From assembly GCA_045641645.1 (NCBI GenBank), contig JAZUHK010000071.1, positions 1 to 56,309 on the forward strand: a stretch of DNA of 56,309 nucleotides, in the 5' to 3' direction. A program made the translations under genes and the position numbers. This DNA is from Kiritimatiellia bacterium. GTDB taxonomy: Bacteria; Verrucomicrobiota; Kiritimatiellia; RFP12; UBA1067. The notes under the pieces are model-generated. The model was given only the letters and a program-made list of their open reading frames with translations. It did no database searches and was not told where the DNA came from. Positions 29,923 to 39,342 of this stretch are shown here, piece by piece (the stretch's first letter is position 1; each line of letters opens with the position of its first letter).

Positions 29923-32900
29923 TTATTCCGCCTCTGCGGGCTCAATCGTTACCACACCACCGCGCTTGACGCTGCTGAGCCATTTCTTGAACGCGCCCGT
30001 CGTTTCATCCAGATCATAACCGATCTTGTCGGTGATGTACCAGCAACCGTTCACGAACGAAGAAGGCACCGTCCCGCAGCATCCTCCATAGCCGAGCTGG
30101 ATCACGCCCGCGTAGGTCGCCGAAAGCTTCTTGTCCGCCTTGGTCTTCGCGTCGGTGTAGTGGAGATCGAACTTGCCGGAGACGATGCCGGTTGACTTGT
30201 TGTACGAAAGCGTGATCTTGTTCGCACCGCCAGTCGAATCCTTCCGCGTGATCGAATGTTCGCCGACTGTCACCCCAATCGCCTCGACCGACTTGAACGA
30301 ACCATAGTAATCAGACGCAAACGAATCGGGCACGACCGACAGCGTCATATCGGTCGAACGTTGCTGTTTTTCGCAACAGCAGCTCAAGTCATACGTTGAA
30401 TCATAGATGCCGCCATAGGGCTTATAGCGCACGGTGAACTCGTTCTTGTCCGTCTTCGTCGAATTTTCCGTATGCCGCCACCAGGTGTACACAGCCCCCT
30501 CGTCAAGGTTAGGAACCGAGACCGACTCCCAGCAGTCCTCGCCTTCCACAGCCGAAGCCGCGCCGCGCTTGATCGCAACGACGCCCGCGAACTTGTCCTT
30601 AGAGGTGAACTTGACCATCGGCAGCCACGCCGACTCTTCCGTCGCCTCGGCAAGAACGCCACTACCGGAGATCTTTGTTCCGTTCGGCAGCATGCCAGCC
30701 CAGGTCACCGTGCCGGAATTCGCCTGCGAGGAGGACATCTTCTTGATGGTCAGGTAGCCGCTGCCAACTGGGGCATAATCACTGCCGGGACCCGTGATGA
30801 TCGGCTCTTCGAAGGTGTCCAGCTTCGCCGCGAGCGTCACCGTGTAGTAGCCGCTGTAGTCCGTCGCAGGATGCGTCTTCGACCACGGGGTCTTGCCGAA
30901 ATCCAGCTGATTGAGCGCCGCGGACGACGTGAACATCCGCAGATGCACCTCTCCGTCCGGATCGGCCTTGACCTCCATCGTCCAGTCCTTGAAGTTCTTG
31001 GTGGTGCCGACAAGCGTACAGGAGCCGCAGCCATAGTCCACACTCGCCTGATCGATCTCATAACAATCCCAGCTCTTGGCCGCGAACGAGACCGTGCCGC
31101 TCTCGCAGAGGAACTTCGCGCTTGCCTTGCCCGTCGCCGGCAGCGTCAGCTGCACCGTTCCGATGAGCCGCAGGGCATCGTCCCCTTCAAGCTCCTCGTC
31201 TTTCGCGAAGATCATCAGGTCCTTGAACGTGCGGGACTTCGCGCACGAGGCGTTGAGCGCCTTCCCGCCCTTGCCCGTTCCGGCGTATGCCGGATCGACG
31301 ACCTTGTATGTGAGTTCGATCGTGAGTCCCGGCACCGACACCGTGGACTTGCTGCCCAGCTCCTTCGGACGCTTCTCGGTCACCTGGTAGACGGACGTGT
31401 AGGTCTTGCCCGCCTTGTCGTTTCCGGTCGGGACGCCGTAGACCGCCATCGCGTTCGCCGCCTTGTCCCAGACGACCTTGAGTCCGGACGGCAGGGAGCC
31501 GGATATCTTCTTGAAGGAGAGCTCGCCGCCGGCCACCGTACCCGTCACCGCATACGTGTTGGAGACGGCCGTGTAGCGGTAGAACGTGTCGGAAGCCGTC
31601 GTCTGCGCAAACGCCGGCGCATCCGTCGCGACCGAGACGATCGTAATGGAGCCGGCCTTGGAATCGACCTTAAGTGGCGATTCCGCCTGGAGCGTCAGCT
31701 TGACCGACTTACCAGCCGGCGGCAAGTTGCTGACCGTCACCGTCTTGTCGTCCTGATCCCGGTTCCCCCATCCAAGGCCCAGGAGGTTGTCGTAGTCGCC
31801 GCCCAGCACCACCGAGGCAACGCTCTTCTTGAGGTCAGCAAAGACTGGACCTTCCGCCGCGTCAATGCGGGAGAGGATAACCTTGACTTCCTCGTTCTCA
31901 CGAGCGTAAACCGTGAGTTTCTTCGCCCATTCGCGGTCGCAGCCACTGACCTGTACCCGCCCGGCGGACGGCTTCTGGTTCTCCTCGAAGTTAATCGTGA
32001 AACGCCCATAATCCACCATGTTCGTAATGACTCCCGCCTCAGTCTGCTCAATAATCTCCAAGTCGAAGACAACCTTGCCAGGACCGAAGTAATGGCTAAC
32101 CTCCTTGGTTTCGAACTCGCCGGCCGTCACCAGAATGTTGCTGACGCACGCCTCGAGCGGCAGAACGTCCTTCCATTCGACAGTCTCGGACCATTCGTTC
32201 GTCGCAACACCGTTAATCTTGAAGCGCGGATAGTCCTTCGTCATCCAGCCAGCGTCCGGCGCATAATCATAGAAGAACGTGGTTTCCTTGGCATTGAGCG
32301 AGACCTTGATCTTCACATCGCCCGACACTCCCTCAATCCGGCGATACGTAATGGCGACGTCATCGGTCTCCTTGCGGGTGATGTCCGTCGATTTCACCGT
32401 GGTCTTCTTTTCGGGCAGCGTCTTGGCCTGCGGCTCGAAGCCAACCTTGCCGGGGACCCACTTCTGATAATCAACCGAGCCGCCTTCCTGCGGGCAGACA
32501 AGCGTAACCATACCCGGGATCTTTGCCGTAAAGACAAAGCCGTCCGACCCCGTCACCGCCGCCAGCGCGTTCGTGTTCGCCTCGGCCTCCGGATCCAGTC
32601 CCGTTAGGCGATACTGCACACCGCTTTCAAGCTGGATTACCACCTCCTTCGATCCCGCCGGAGCCGTGGCCGTGGCCCGACCGTCCTGCGGAACGAGAAT
32701 CGTTGACCCCGTCACCGCATAGCCGATGAAGTTCTTGTCGGCGGTGCTGTCCACGGCGAACTCATCACTTGTAATATCAAAGCCCTTGACCAACAGGTAG
32801 TAGTCACCCGCCTCGGCGAAGGTCTGCGTCAGTTCGACGCCGTCCGACAATGTGCCCGTCACACCTGATCCGGCGCTCTCAAACGAGCCGTCCTCCGTCC

Positions 32901-34707
32901 GCTTCCAGAACTGCACAGCCACCTTGGCGGACGACGCCCCCTTCACCTGAACCCTCTGCTTCGCATTGCCACCGAAGCCGCTGAGTTTGAACGCATCCTG
33001 GAAGTCGGCGTTGCAAAGCTCGTTCGAGGCCGTTCCGCCGTTGGCGGCAAACGGGATCGCGCCGTCGCCCGGATAGTTGTTTTCGATTTCCGTATCATCC
33101 GCGTGATCGCCCGACTCCGCAGCGATCGCCAGCATCTCGTCGAAACGCTTGATGTAGTTGTCGAAGTTGTCCCGATCCGCTTTCATCGGACTCACCGAGG
33201 CGAAACGCGTAAAGCGCGCCGCAACCGTGCCGTCCTTACGGAGCAGGACGAAGATCGGCACACCCGTGCGGTACTTATTACCGTCCTCCGGACGATGAAA
33301 GCCGCCCTTGTCCGTATTCGTCACGGCGAGCTTGTGGAACTTCGCCATCACCGCTGCCGCCTCATCATCCGTCGCGCCCTTGCGCGTCAGATAGCCGAGA
33401 CCGCTACGCGACATCGCGTTCGTGAGCGCCTCGTCAGCGCCAGACTGCGGGAACTCCTTGGGCCGCGCGAGCGTCGTCTCAAACGCCTTCTTCGAGAACA
33501 GCGTCGGCGAGGCAACCGTCTCCGGCGTCGGGCCGGCCGAGCTGTAGTTGGGGATGTCCATCGACACCAAAGCGACATTCCGCGTCTTCGCCCACTGACA
33601 GAACTTGTTGATGCCGGACTGGTCCTTCACCTCCAGGAAGTTGCGGTCGGTGTTCGCGCAATCGGGGCACCACTTCGACCCTTGGATCGAAACAAGCGTA
33701 TAGGCGGCGCCTTCGGCCTTCGCCACCACTTGCGTCGCAAGATCGAGATCCATCGTCCACTCGCCAAACTCGAAATCCGGCGCAATGCCGTTGGCATACG
33801 GATCCTTGCGCTCACCGAGCCACAACGGGTTCGCCGCCGAGGGTTCGCTTTTCACATAAGTGATGTGGTTTGTCGCGTGCGCAAGGCCGTCCGCCGCATC
33901 AATCAGGAGAAGTGTCAGCCTGTCGCCATCCTCATAACCAGCCGTGTCGACCTTCGTCAGGTCAAGGGCGACGGTCTTGTTCGTATCGTTCACAGCCCAG
34001 TCAATCGTCCGCCCCAGCGCGGCAATCGCCTGACCGTCCTTGCCGAGGACGCGGAACGTCACGTTCGTCTCAAACTCGGGTGCCTTCTTCTCGCGCGTCA
34101 GCTCGACGGCGACGGTCTTCGTACCCGCCTCGAACTCGAGGCGATTGCCCTCCTCGTCCGGCGCGGTGAACGTGCCGCCGACATAGCGGACTGGCTCATA
34201 CTCGCCCAAAATCGCATCGCATGTGCCCATGAATTGCTCGGCCAAGGTGCCCGACTTGACAAGCATAGAACCCGAACGTCCGCAGAACTTGAACTTGCCC
34301 GTCAAGTCGTTTTTCCCATCACCGTCCTTATCCCAATACAAACCCAAAAAGGGCAGAGAATTACCCGTTTGGGACATTCCTACAACCTTGGAATAATTCG
34401 CACCCTTCGTCTTGTCGCCCTCAATGCCCAAGAGAAAGATGTAGCCACGTTCCCGTCGCCATTGAACAACCGAATCTTCCGTGTTCGCGGCCTCCAGCTT
34501 ACCACACTGACTACACCCATCGCGCACGAACATCGCGACCACAGGGACGCACTCCTCCTTCGCGATGCGCATCGCCTCATCATACTGGACATTCCACTCG
34601 CCGGGCTCAACCGGAAGGGATTTCGAGTACGGCATCAGAATCTCCGCCGCCGCGACCTGCGCGGCCAAGAGTGCAACACTTGCAACCAGAACCTTGTTCT
34701 TCATCAT
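29923..34707 (-). CDS. Large secreted protein with two thioredoxin-like CxxC domains and a Cys-rich version of the shared C-terminal module
   Basis: Signal peptide; PGEWN...VRDGCSQC and FGEWT...GSKWCPDC; C-terminal CCC, GGCCG and GCWY. Confidence 0.78.
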   Translation of the reverse strand: MMKNKVLVASVALLAAQVAAAEILMPYSKSLPVEPGEWNVQYDEAMRIAKEECVPVVAMFVRDGCSQCGKLEAANTEDSVVQWRRERGYIFLLGIEGDKTKGANYSKVVGMSQTGNSLPFLGLYWDKDGDGKNDLTGKFKFCGRSGSMLVKSGTLAEQFMGTCDAILGEYEPVRYVGGTFTAPDEEGNRLEFEAGTKTVAVELTREKKAPEFETNVTFRVLGKDGQAIAALGRTIDWAVNDTNKTVALDLTKVDTAGYEDGDRLTLLLIDAADGLAHATNHITYVKSEPSAANPLWLGERKDPYANGIAPDFEFGEWTMDLDLATQVVAKAEGAAYTLVSIQGSKWCPDCANTDRNFLEVKDQSGINKFCQWAKTRNVALVSMDIPNYSSAGPTPETVASPTLFSKKAFETTLARPKEFPQSGADEALTNAMSRSGLGYLTRKGATDDEAAAVMAKFHKLAVTNTDKGGFHRPEDGNKYRTGVPIFVLLRKDGTVAARFTRFASVSPMKADRDNFDNYIKRFDEMLAIAAESGDHADDTEIENNYPGDGAIPFAANGGTASNELCNADFQDAFKLSGFGGNAKQRVQVKGASSAKVAVQFWKRTEDGSFESAGSGVTGTLSDGVELTQTFAEAGDYYLLVKGFDITSDEFAVDSTADKNFIGYAVTGSTILVPQDGRATATAPAGSKEVVIQLESGVQYRLTGLDPEAEANTNALAAVTGSDGFVFTAKIPGMVTLVCPQEGGSVDYQKWVPGKVGFEPQAKTLPEKKTTVKSTDITRKETDDVAITYRRIEGVSGDVKIKVSLNAKETTFFYDYAPDAGWMTKDYPRFKINGVATNEWSETVEWKDVLPLEACVSNILVTAGEFETKEVSHYFGPGKVVFDLEIIEQTEAGVITNMVDYGRFTINFEENQKPSAGRVQVSGCDREWAKKLTVYARENEEVKVILSRIDAAEGPVFADLKKSVASVVLGGDYDNLLGLGWGNRDQDDKTVTVSNLPPAGKSVKLTLQAESPLKVDSKAGSITIVSVATDAPAFAQTTASDTFYRYTAVSNTYAVTGTVAGGELSFKKISGSLPSGLKVVWDKAANAMAVYGVPTGNDKAGKTYTSVYQVTEKRPKELGSKSTVSVPGLTIELTYKVVDPAYAGTGKGGKALNASCAKSRTFKDLMIFAKDEELEGDDALRLIGTVQLTLPATGKASAKFLCESGTVSFAAKSWDCYEIDQASVDYGCGSCTLVGTTKNFKDWTMEVKADPDGEVHLRMFTSSAALNQLDFGKTPWSKTHPATDYSGYYTVTLAAKLDTFEEPIITGPGSDYAPVGSGYLTIKKMSSSQANSGTVTWAGMLPNGTKISGSGVLAEATEESAWLPMVKFTSKDKFAGVVAIKRGAASAVEGEDCWESVSVPNLDEGAVYTWWRHTENSTKTDKNEFTVRYKPYGGIYDSTYDLSCCCEKQQRSTDMTLSVVPDSFASDYYGSFKSVEAIGVTVGEHSITRKDSTGGANKITLSYNKSTGIVSGKFDLHYTDAKTKADKKLSATYAGVIQLGYGGCCGTVPSSFVNGCWYITDKIGYDLDETTGAFKKWLSSVKRGGVVTIEPAEAE

Positions 34708-35708
34708 TTAACCTGCTCCTTGTCTTTGTCGTTTGCTTTTAAATCAACGTTCGCTGCGGCCACCAATTCGGCCAGCTTGCGCTTAAAGAGGTTTTTTGCA
34801 TACTCCTTCTTTGCCGCATCAACAATTTCATCTTTCGGCGCAGGATAGAGAAACCTCCCCAAGCGAAAGTAAATGCGCGAGACCGAGAAGCCCTCGTCTT
34901 GCTCCAAACTGTCAAGCCGCGCGATGACAACCCCATTGTCAGACGCAATTGGCGGTGAGATGTCACCCGGCTTCGCGGCCTTGAGCCAGGCAAGAAGCGT
35001 GGGCTCGTCGGATAGGAATTTCGCATCTACGACCGCCCATTCGCCAGCATCCGCGCGCTCTTCCTCAATCTCAGAGAATTCCTTCGCGGCGGACGAGAAA
35101 TCCATCCCCCGGCAGATCCGCTGCCAGATGTTCGTTGCCTTCGCGAACTGCAGGCGATTCGTCTCAACCATCGCCAGATTCCATTGTTCCATCAGACGGA
35201 TCTGCTGATCGGCATAGTCCGGCGGCAGGTTCGTTGGCGTCTGCTCTGCCCAGTATCTTTCCATCGTCGCGCGCAACGCTTCAGCGCGAACTTGATCGTC
35301 CCAATACCGACGATTGAGCCCCTCAAGCTTCATGAGATCGTCGTACGAACGGTCATTCTTCGTCCGGAAATTCGCAAACGCCTGCCGCTGGCAACTCGCA
35401 AGCTCGTTCGTGCCTGGTTCGACCCCAGACTCCCTGGCTGCAGCCGCAAGAACCATATCCTCAACCCAGTAGGAGGCATAGCCATTTCTGAAGGTTTCCC
35501 GCAGTCGATCAAGACCATTGGTCGAGCCACGCTTATGACCGAAAAGAATGACAATATTCTGCGCCCGCGACTCAATCTCGGAAGCCGTGAGCACCTGTCC
35601 GCAGACGGAGGAAACAATATCACTCGGGGCTTGCTCCCGCGAACAGCCCCAAGCGGCAAAGCCCATCAATACCAAACATAAAAACCTATAGAAACACCTC
35701 TTGTTCAT
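34704..35708 (-). CDS. SurA/PrsA-like peptidyl-prolyl isomerase (foldase) lipoprotein
   Basis: Lipobox FAAWG-C; SurA-N-like helices; parvulin-like GMDFSSAAKEFSE...AGEW...PGDISPPI...G. Confidence 0.72.
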   Translation of the reverse strand: MNKRCFYRFLCLVLMGFAAWGCSREQAPSDIVSSVCGQVLTASEIESRAQNIVILFGHKRGSTNGLDRLRETFRNGYASYWVEDMVLAAAARESGVEPGTNELASCQRQAFANFRTKNDRSYDDLMKLEGLNRRYWDDQVRAEALRATMERYWAEQTPTNLPPDYADQQIRLMEQWNLAMVETNRLQFAKATNIWQRICRGMDFSSAAKEFSEIEEERADAGEWAVVDAKFLSDEPTLLAWLKAAKPGDISPPIASDNGVVIARLDSLEQDEGFSVSRIYFRLGRFLYPAPKDEIVDAAKKEYAKNLFKRKLAELVAAANVDLKANDKDKEQVK

Positions 35709-35717
35709 TAGGACGGT

Positions 35718-35726
35718 ATTATATCA
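35718..35726 (-). promoter_or_regulatory. Extended -10 promoter of the 35708-to-21898 operon
   Basis: TGATATAAT lies 9 nt upstream of the ATG. Confidence 0.6.
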
Positions 35727-35762
35727 TAAATTCGCCCGTCCTTGTTGCATAGAAATAAAAAT

Positions 35763-35795
35763 AAAAAGGCGCGGATTCAAATCCGCGCCTTTTTT
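35763..35795. terminator. Intrinsic terminator after Cys-rich paralog A
   Basis: AAAAAGGCGCGGATT-CA-AATCCGCGCCTTTTT, with A/T tracts on both sides. Confidence 0.85.
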
Positions 35796-35817
35796 CGTTC
35801 GTTAGAACGGATTCCTG

Positions 35818-36582
35818 TTAGAGAACCGGGGTCTCGGTCTCGGCGTCAGCCTTGACGAACTTCGCCGGAGTCAGGGTCTTCTCGATGTTAGCACCGCCAC
35901 GGATGGCGTCAACCTTGTCCTGACGATAGGTGAGCGACCAACGGCCATAGGCAATCACCTTGGCGGCATCGCCAGACACCCAATCAACATCACCCTTGCA
36001 CGGCGCGAAAACCTGAGCAGTGCCAGTCTCCTGGTACTCGCAACCGATGATGTCACCGCACTTCGGGGTCTCGAGCGTACCAGCGAAGAAGCCGTTCGCG
36101 CTCTTGAGCTTGCGGGACTCCGGATTGAACGCGCCAAAGCCAGCGAGATAGAGGTCGTCCATCTTGATGCCAATCTGCGCCTTGTTCTTCAGACCACCAT
36201 TGCGGAGGACGTCGAAGACCTCGAAGCTGACCTCATCGAACTTGACCTGCTCCTTGTTGGCGTTCCAGAACCAGAGTTCGTCGCCGAGCGTCGCAAACGT
36301 GTTGCACTCGCACTCCGCGCAACCCGGATTCTCGAGCGTGAAGCCACCGTAGATGTAGCCCGCGACACGATAGGAAGCCGGCTTAGCCCAGCAACCCGAC
36401 TCGTAATCGCAGGTCGTCACGCTGCCCTTCGTGAGGGACTTAGCGACAACCGTCTTGCCCGCGAGCTTCAGACGATAGGCAAAGCCGCAATAGTTCTTGG
36501 TCGAGCAAGGATCGTCATCCGTGGCCGCCACAACAACACCGCCCATCGCAACCGCGAGAGCAGCAATCATGAGTTTTTTCAT
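35818..36582 (-). CDS. Secreted Cys-rich protein, paralog A (silent orientation)
   Basis: MKKLMIAA signal peptide; 10 Cys including CxxCxC; motifs AYRxKLAGKT, CWAKPASYR, LRNGGLKNKAQ, KLKSANGFFAG and YGRWS. Confidence 0.9.
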   Translation of the reverse strand: MKKLMIAALAVAMGGVVVAATDDDPCSTKNYCGFAYRLKLAGKTVVAKSLTKGSVTTCDYESGCWAKPASYRVAGYIYGGFTLENPGCAECECNTFATLGDELWFWNANKEQVKFDEVSFEVFDVLRNGGLKNKAQIGIKMDDLYLAGFGAFNPESRKLKSANGFFAGTLETPKCGDIIGCEYQETGTAQVFAPCKGDVDWVSGDAAKVIAYGRWSLTYRQDKVDAIRGGANIEKTLTPAKFVKADAETETPVL

Positions 36583-36699
36583 TTTGTTTTGTTCTTTCTT
36601 TTTTTCGCCTTACGCTTTCAGCAAACGGTCTGTCCGCGTTCAGCGAGGTTAACCTTGTCTCTCCTTGGAATCAAGGTATCGGACACCGTGTCCGAGACC
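36533..36699 (-). repeat. Left inverted repeat of the invertible segment (leader plus signal-peptide start of gene A)
   Basis: Reverse complement of 39434-39592. The 60 bp at 36600-36659 are identical to 39471-39530. The inner edge is the palindrome GGTATCGGACAC-C-GTGTCCGAGACC (36675-36699). Confidence 0.92.
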
Positions 36700-37655
36700 G
36701 AAATCCTTGGAAGTGCCTTCGCTATTGCACGACGCAATACGGGAAGAGCTGGTTGCGTATAGCGGGCGTGCATGGTGCCGCTAGCGTGCCCGGTGATGGC
36801 ATCGGTGATGTAGGGCTGTACGCCAGCCTCGTCCATCAGTGAAATGAAAGTGGCACGGAGGGAATGAAAACTTGCGCGGCCATTTCCAATTTTGCGGATT
36901 CTTGCGGCTTTGAAAATGGCTGCAATGCGACGGGATGAATGTTTGCGAACGGATTCAGGGAAAAGGTATTGGGAGGTGCCCTTTGCGCGTGCGCGTACGA
37001 TTTCATAGGCATCGCCGACAAGCGGGATGGTCAGAGGGTGCGGTTTTCGCGTGCGGACTTTGTTGGGGACGATTTGAAGAGCATCGTGAGTGCGCATGAT
37101 CTCGCACAATTCCAATTCTGCAATGTCTGACAGGCGTAGGCCAGTCCAATATCCAATGAGAATCATATCGGCCAAATCCGAATTGCGACTTTGAGCACAA
37201 CGGACCAGCCGACGAATTTCTGACGTGCTTAACCGACGGTAATGTTCGCCAAGAGGATGCTGAATGGCCTCGCGAACATCCCAGATCGCAGAATCAAGTC
37301 CAAAAAATCGCCAAACACGCTTGTAAAAACGAAAGCGTCTAGCAGGATTGATTGTATTTGCGGTCAATTCCAATGCCAGGTTTGCTGCGGAATCACGGCA
37401 AAAATTTGATGGAAAGTCTATTTTGTGTTGTTTTGCGTAGCATGATAGAGCAGTGAGCCAGCGTTCGTAATCGAGTCGGCTACCATCTGGAATTGGCGGA
37501 TATGCGTTACTTATAAATGTTTTTGTAATAAAATGCCATGTTATATGACTGTTCTTGCCCTTTGCGGACAATAATTTCTTGGCGCATTCTCCGATTTTTG
37601 CGAAGAATCGTAGCCAATCCTCGTTGCTCTTCATTTGCGTGAGATTAATTTCCAT
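36618..37655 (-). CDS. Tyrosine recombinase (probable invertase)
   Basis: TGLRLSD, K, FHSLR, TGH and ARY give the R-K-H-R-H-Y catalytic set. Start chosen at 37655 because TGTTATAAT lies 10 nt upstream; alternative starts are 37634 and 37790. Confidence 0.9.
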   Translation of the reverse strand: MEINLTQMKSNEDWLRFFAKIGECAKKLLSAKGKNSHITWHFITKTFISNAYPPIPDGSRLDYERWLTALSCYAKQHKIDFPSNFCRDSAANLALELTANTINPARRFRFYKRVWRFFGLDSAIWDVREAIQHPLGEHYRRLSTSEIRRLVRCAQSRNSDLADMILIGYWTGLRLSDIAELELCEIMRTHDALQIVPNKVRTRKPHPLTIPLVGDAYEIVRARAKGTSQYLFPESVRKHSSRRIAAIFKAARIRKIGNGRASFHSLRATFISLMDEAGVQPYITDAITGHASGTMHARYTQPALPVLRRAIAKALPRISVSDTVSDTLIPRRDKVNLAERGQTVC

Positions 37656-37689
37656 AAGGCGTTGGATTATAACATCAAATTTTAAAAAG

Positions 37690-37717
37690 TTTGTCATCGA
37701 GCTTGTGCAGCCGCATA
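37690..37717 (+). promoter_or_regulatory. Second copy of the TTTGTCATCG-N11-CCGCATA motif
   Basis: Matches 21846-21873 (minus strand); sits back-to-back with the recombinase promoter. Confidence 0.5.
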
Positions 37718-37721
37718 CATC

Positions 37722-37843
37722 CTTATGGATTGAGGAACGGCGAGCGGAAACAAACGGCCACGATGACCCGATCGGAAATCCACGAATCATTTGAGTTCTT
37801 TCTGAACGAACCTTGAGCGGACCCGGAGCTGAAAAGCCCCGGG
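37722..37843 (+). ncRNA. Candidate small RNA, copy 2 (terminator tail displaced by the IS)
   Basis: Paralogous to 21711-21840. The hairpin ends at 37843 and the TTTCGTTT tail resumes at 39347. Confidence 0.5.
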
Positions 37844-39342
37844 CCCAGTTTGTCAAATAGAACGTGTACCCTGTAAGTAGGCGGGGACTTTTCGGTTCGT
37901 CAAATACTGTGTACTTTGGAGGTGTTGTTTTCTTTTGCTTTGAGGCTTGGGTAGGAGCGAGATGCCGCCGACCTGGAGAGCGCCCGTATCGGACGTCCCC
38001 GGAGGGGCGTCGCGAAGCGACGAGTCCGGCAGGGCGCTCTCCAGGAATACCTTGTCATGCGAGCGCTTGGACTGGGTGTATTCCTCCTGCCGCCGGATGA
38101 TCCTGCGCAGCCGCTTCGCCAGCCGGTGTCTCAGCTCGATGGGGTGCAGGCTGTTGCGATAGGCCGTCAGCGCGGCTTCCGCTTCGGGTGTCAGCACGTG
38201 CTCGTCAGGCACGCGCTGGTAAGGTGTTCTCGGCTTGTCGTACTTGCAGGAGTATCCCTTGCCGTCGTCGCGTTTGACCTTGTCGACGAGCATTTTGCAC
38301 GGTCTGAAGAAGTTGCAGAAGTCGGACCATTCCTCGCAGAGCCTGATCAGGTCGTCGAGCAGGTCGTGGCAGTCTATCCGCCGTTCTCCGAACAGCTGCC
38401 TTCCGACGGAGCGGTTTTTCTCCTCGACGTGGGCGTTGTCGTTGCAGTGCCTGGGCCTGGACCTGGACAGGTACACGCCCGGCCTGTTCTTCCCGAGGAA
38501 TGCCGCGATGTGGTAGTTGATGATCTCCGAACCGTTGTCTCCGTGCAATGACGAGATCGGGAACGGGATCTTGGGCTCGATGCGCTTGAGCGCCTCGAGC
38601 GTCGCGTGTTGGCCCCGGTTCCACGTCGGGCTGAGTACGGTCCACTGGGTCTTGCGGTCGGTGCCGTCGAGGATCCAGAAGAAGTTCTCCGAGGGGTCTC
38701 CGCCTCCGAGTGCGAACGTGTCGATCTGGACGTCGCCCGGCGGGACGTCGCAAGCCCTGACGGTCTCCCCCGAATGGCAGGGGATCGCGTTCTTGAGCTC
38801 GTCGTTCCGTCCGGAACGCTTGTTCGTCTTCGTGTAGCCCGGCTTGATACGCGGCAATCCCTTGAGCAAACGGTCCATCGATGACGCGCTCATCTTCAGG
38901 ATCAGGTCCTTCGTGGCCTTGTTGACGTTGGCCACGTATTGCTCGTACTCGTCCATCCACATTCCGATGCCCGTCTGCAGGTAGGGTGTGCAAGGGCAAC
39001 CGGCTTCGCGCCAGATGTCTGCCAGGGTTGCGGCGACTTTCGGCCCGTAGGTCTTCCCCCGTCCTTTCCTGGCGCGGTAGCGGATATTCCCGTTGAGCAG
39101 GTTGGTGACGTATTTCCGGGTGAATCCCGTCGTCTCCTGGACTTCGTCGAGAATCTGAGACCTCTTGGCCTTGCTGGCGCAGAGGTATCTCTTTCGTTTT
39201 GCGGCGATGTATTCAGCGGTCGATTTGCGTGACATTTCGTTCATGCCCCATATTTTACTCGGGTACACAGTATTTGACGAACGGGGTGCCCGTCATTTCG
39301 AGCATTCCTTGGTTTGGGTACACACTATTATGACAAACTGCG
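37844..39342 (-). mobile_element. Insertion sequence, 1,499 bp, DDE/rve transposase (ISNCY-like), 4 bp target duplication CGGG
   Basis: Ends are CCCAGTTTGTCA...GTGTACCC and GGGTACAC...TGACAAACTGCG. An inner perfect 20 bp IR lies at 37895-37914/39263-39282. CGGG occurs at 37840-37843 and 39343-39346. Removing the IS restores the sequence seen at 21713-21742. Confidence 0.88.
37853..39244 (-). CDS. DDE-type (integrase core) transposase
   Basis: N-terminal RKRY...KRSQILDE...TGFTRKY; PGDVQID, D-RKTQW, HGDNGSE and NDNAHVEEKN motifs. The exact start (39244 or 39235) is uncertain. Confidence 0.88.
   Translation of the reverse strand: MNEMSRKSTAEYIAAKRKRYLCASKAKRSQILDEVQETTGFTRKYVTNLLNGNIRYRARKGRGKTYGPKVAATLADIWREAGCPCTPYLQTGIGMWMDEYEQYVANVNKATKDLILKMSASSMDRLLKGLPRIKPGYTKTNKRSGRNDELKNAIPCHSGETVRACDVPPGDVQIDTFALGGGDPSENFFWILDGTDRKTQWTVLSPTWNRGQHATLEALKRIEPKIPFPISSLHGDNGSEIINYHIAAFLGKNRPGVYLSRSRPRHCNDNAHVEEKNRSVGRQLFGERRIDCHDLLDDLIRLCEEWSDFCNFFRPCKMLVDKVKRDDGKGYSCKYDKPRTPYQRVPDEHVLTPEAEAALTAYRNSLHPIELRHRLAKRLRRIIRRQEEYTQSKRSHDKVFLESALPDSSLRDAPPGTSDTGALQVGGISLLPKPQSKRKQHLQSTQYLTNRKVPAYLQGTRSI

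Noticed and set aside
37656-37856. N-terminal extension of the recombinase to 37856
   Set aside because: It starts inside the IS end and runs through the duplicated non-coding element. An extended -10 supports a start near 37655, although the ATG at 37790 cannot be fully excluded.
36618-39342. Prophage, ICE or integron integrase interpretation
   Set aside because: There is no tRNA or direct att repeat, no phage or conjugation genes and no attC array. The flanking repeats are inverted.
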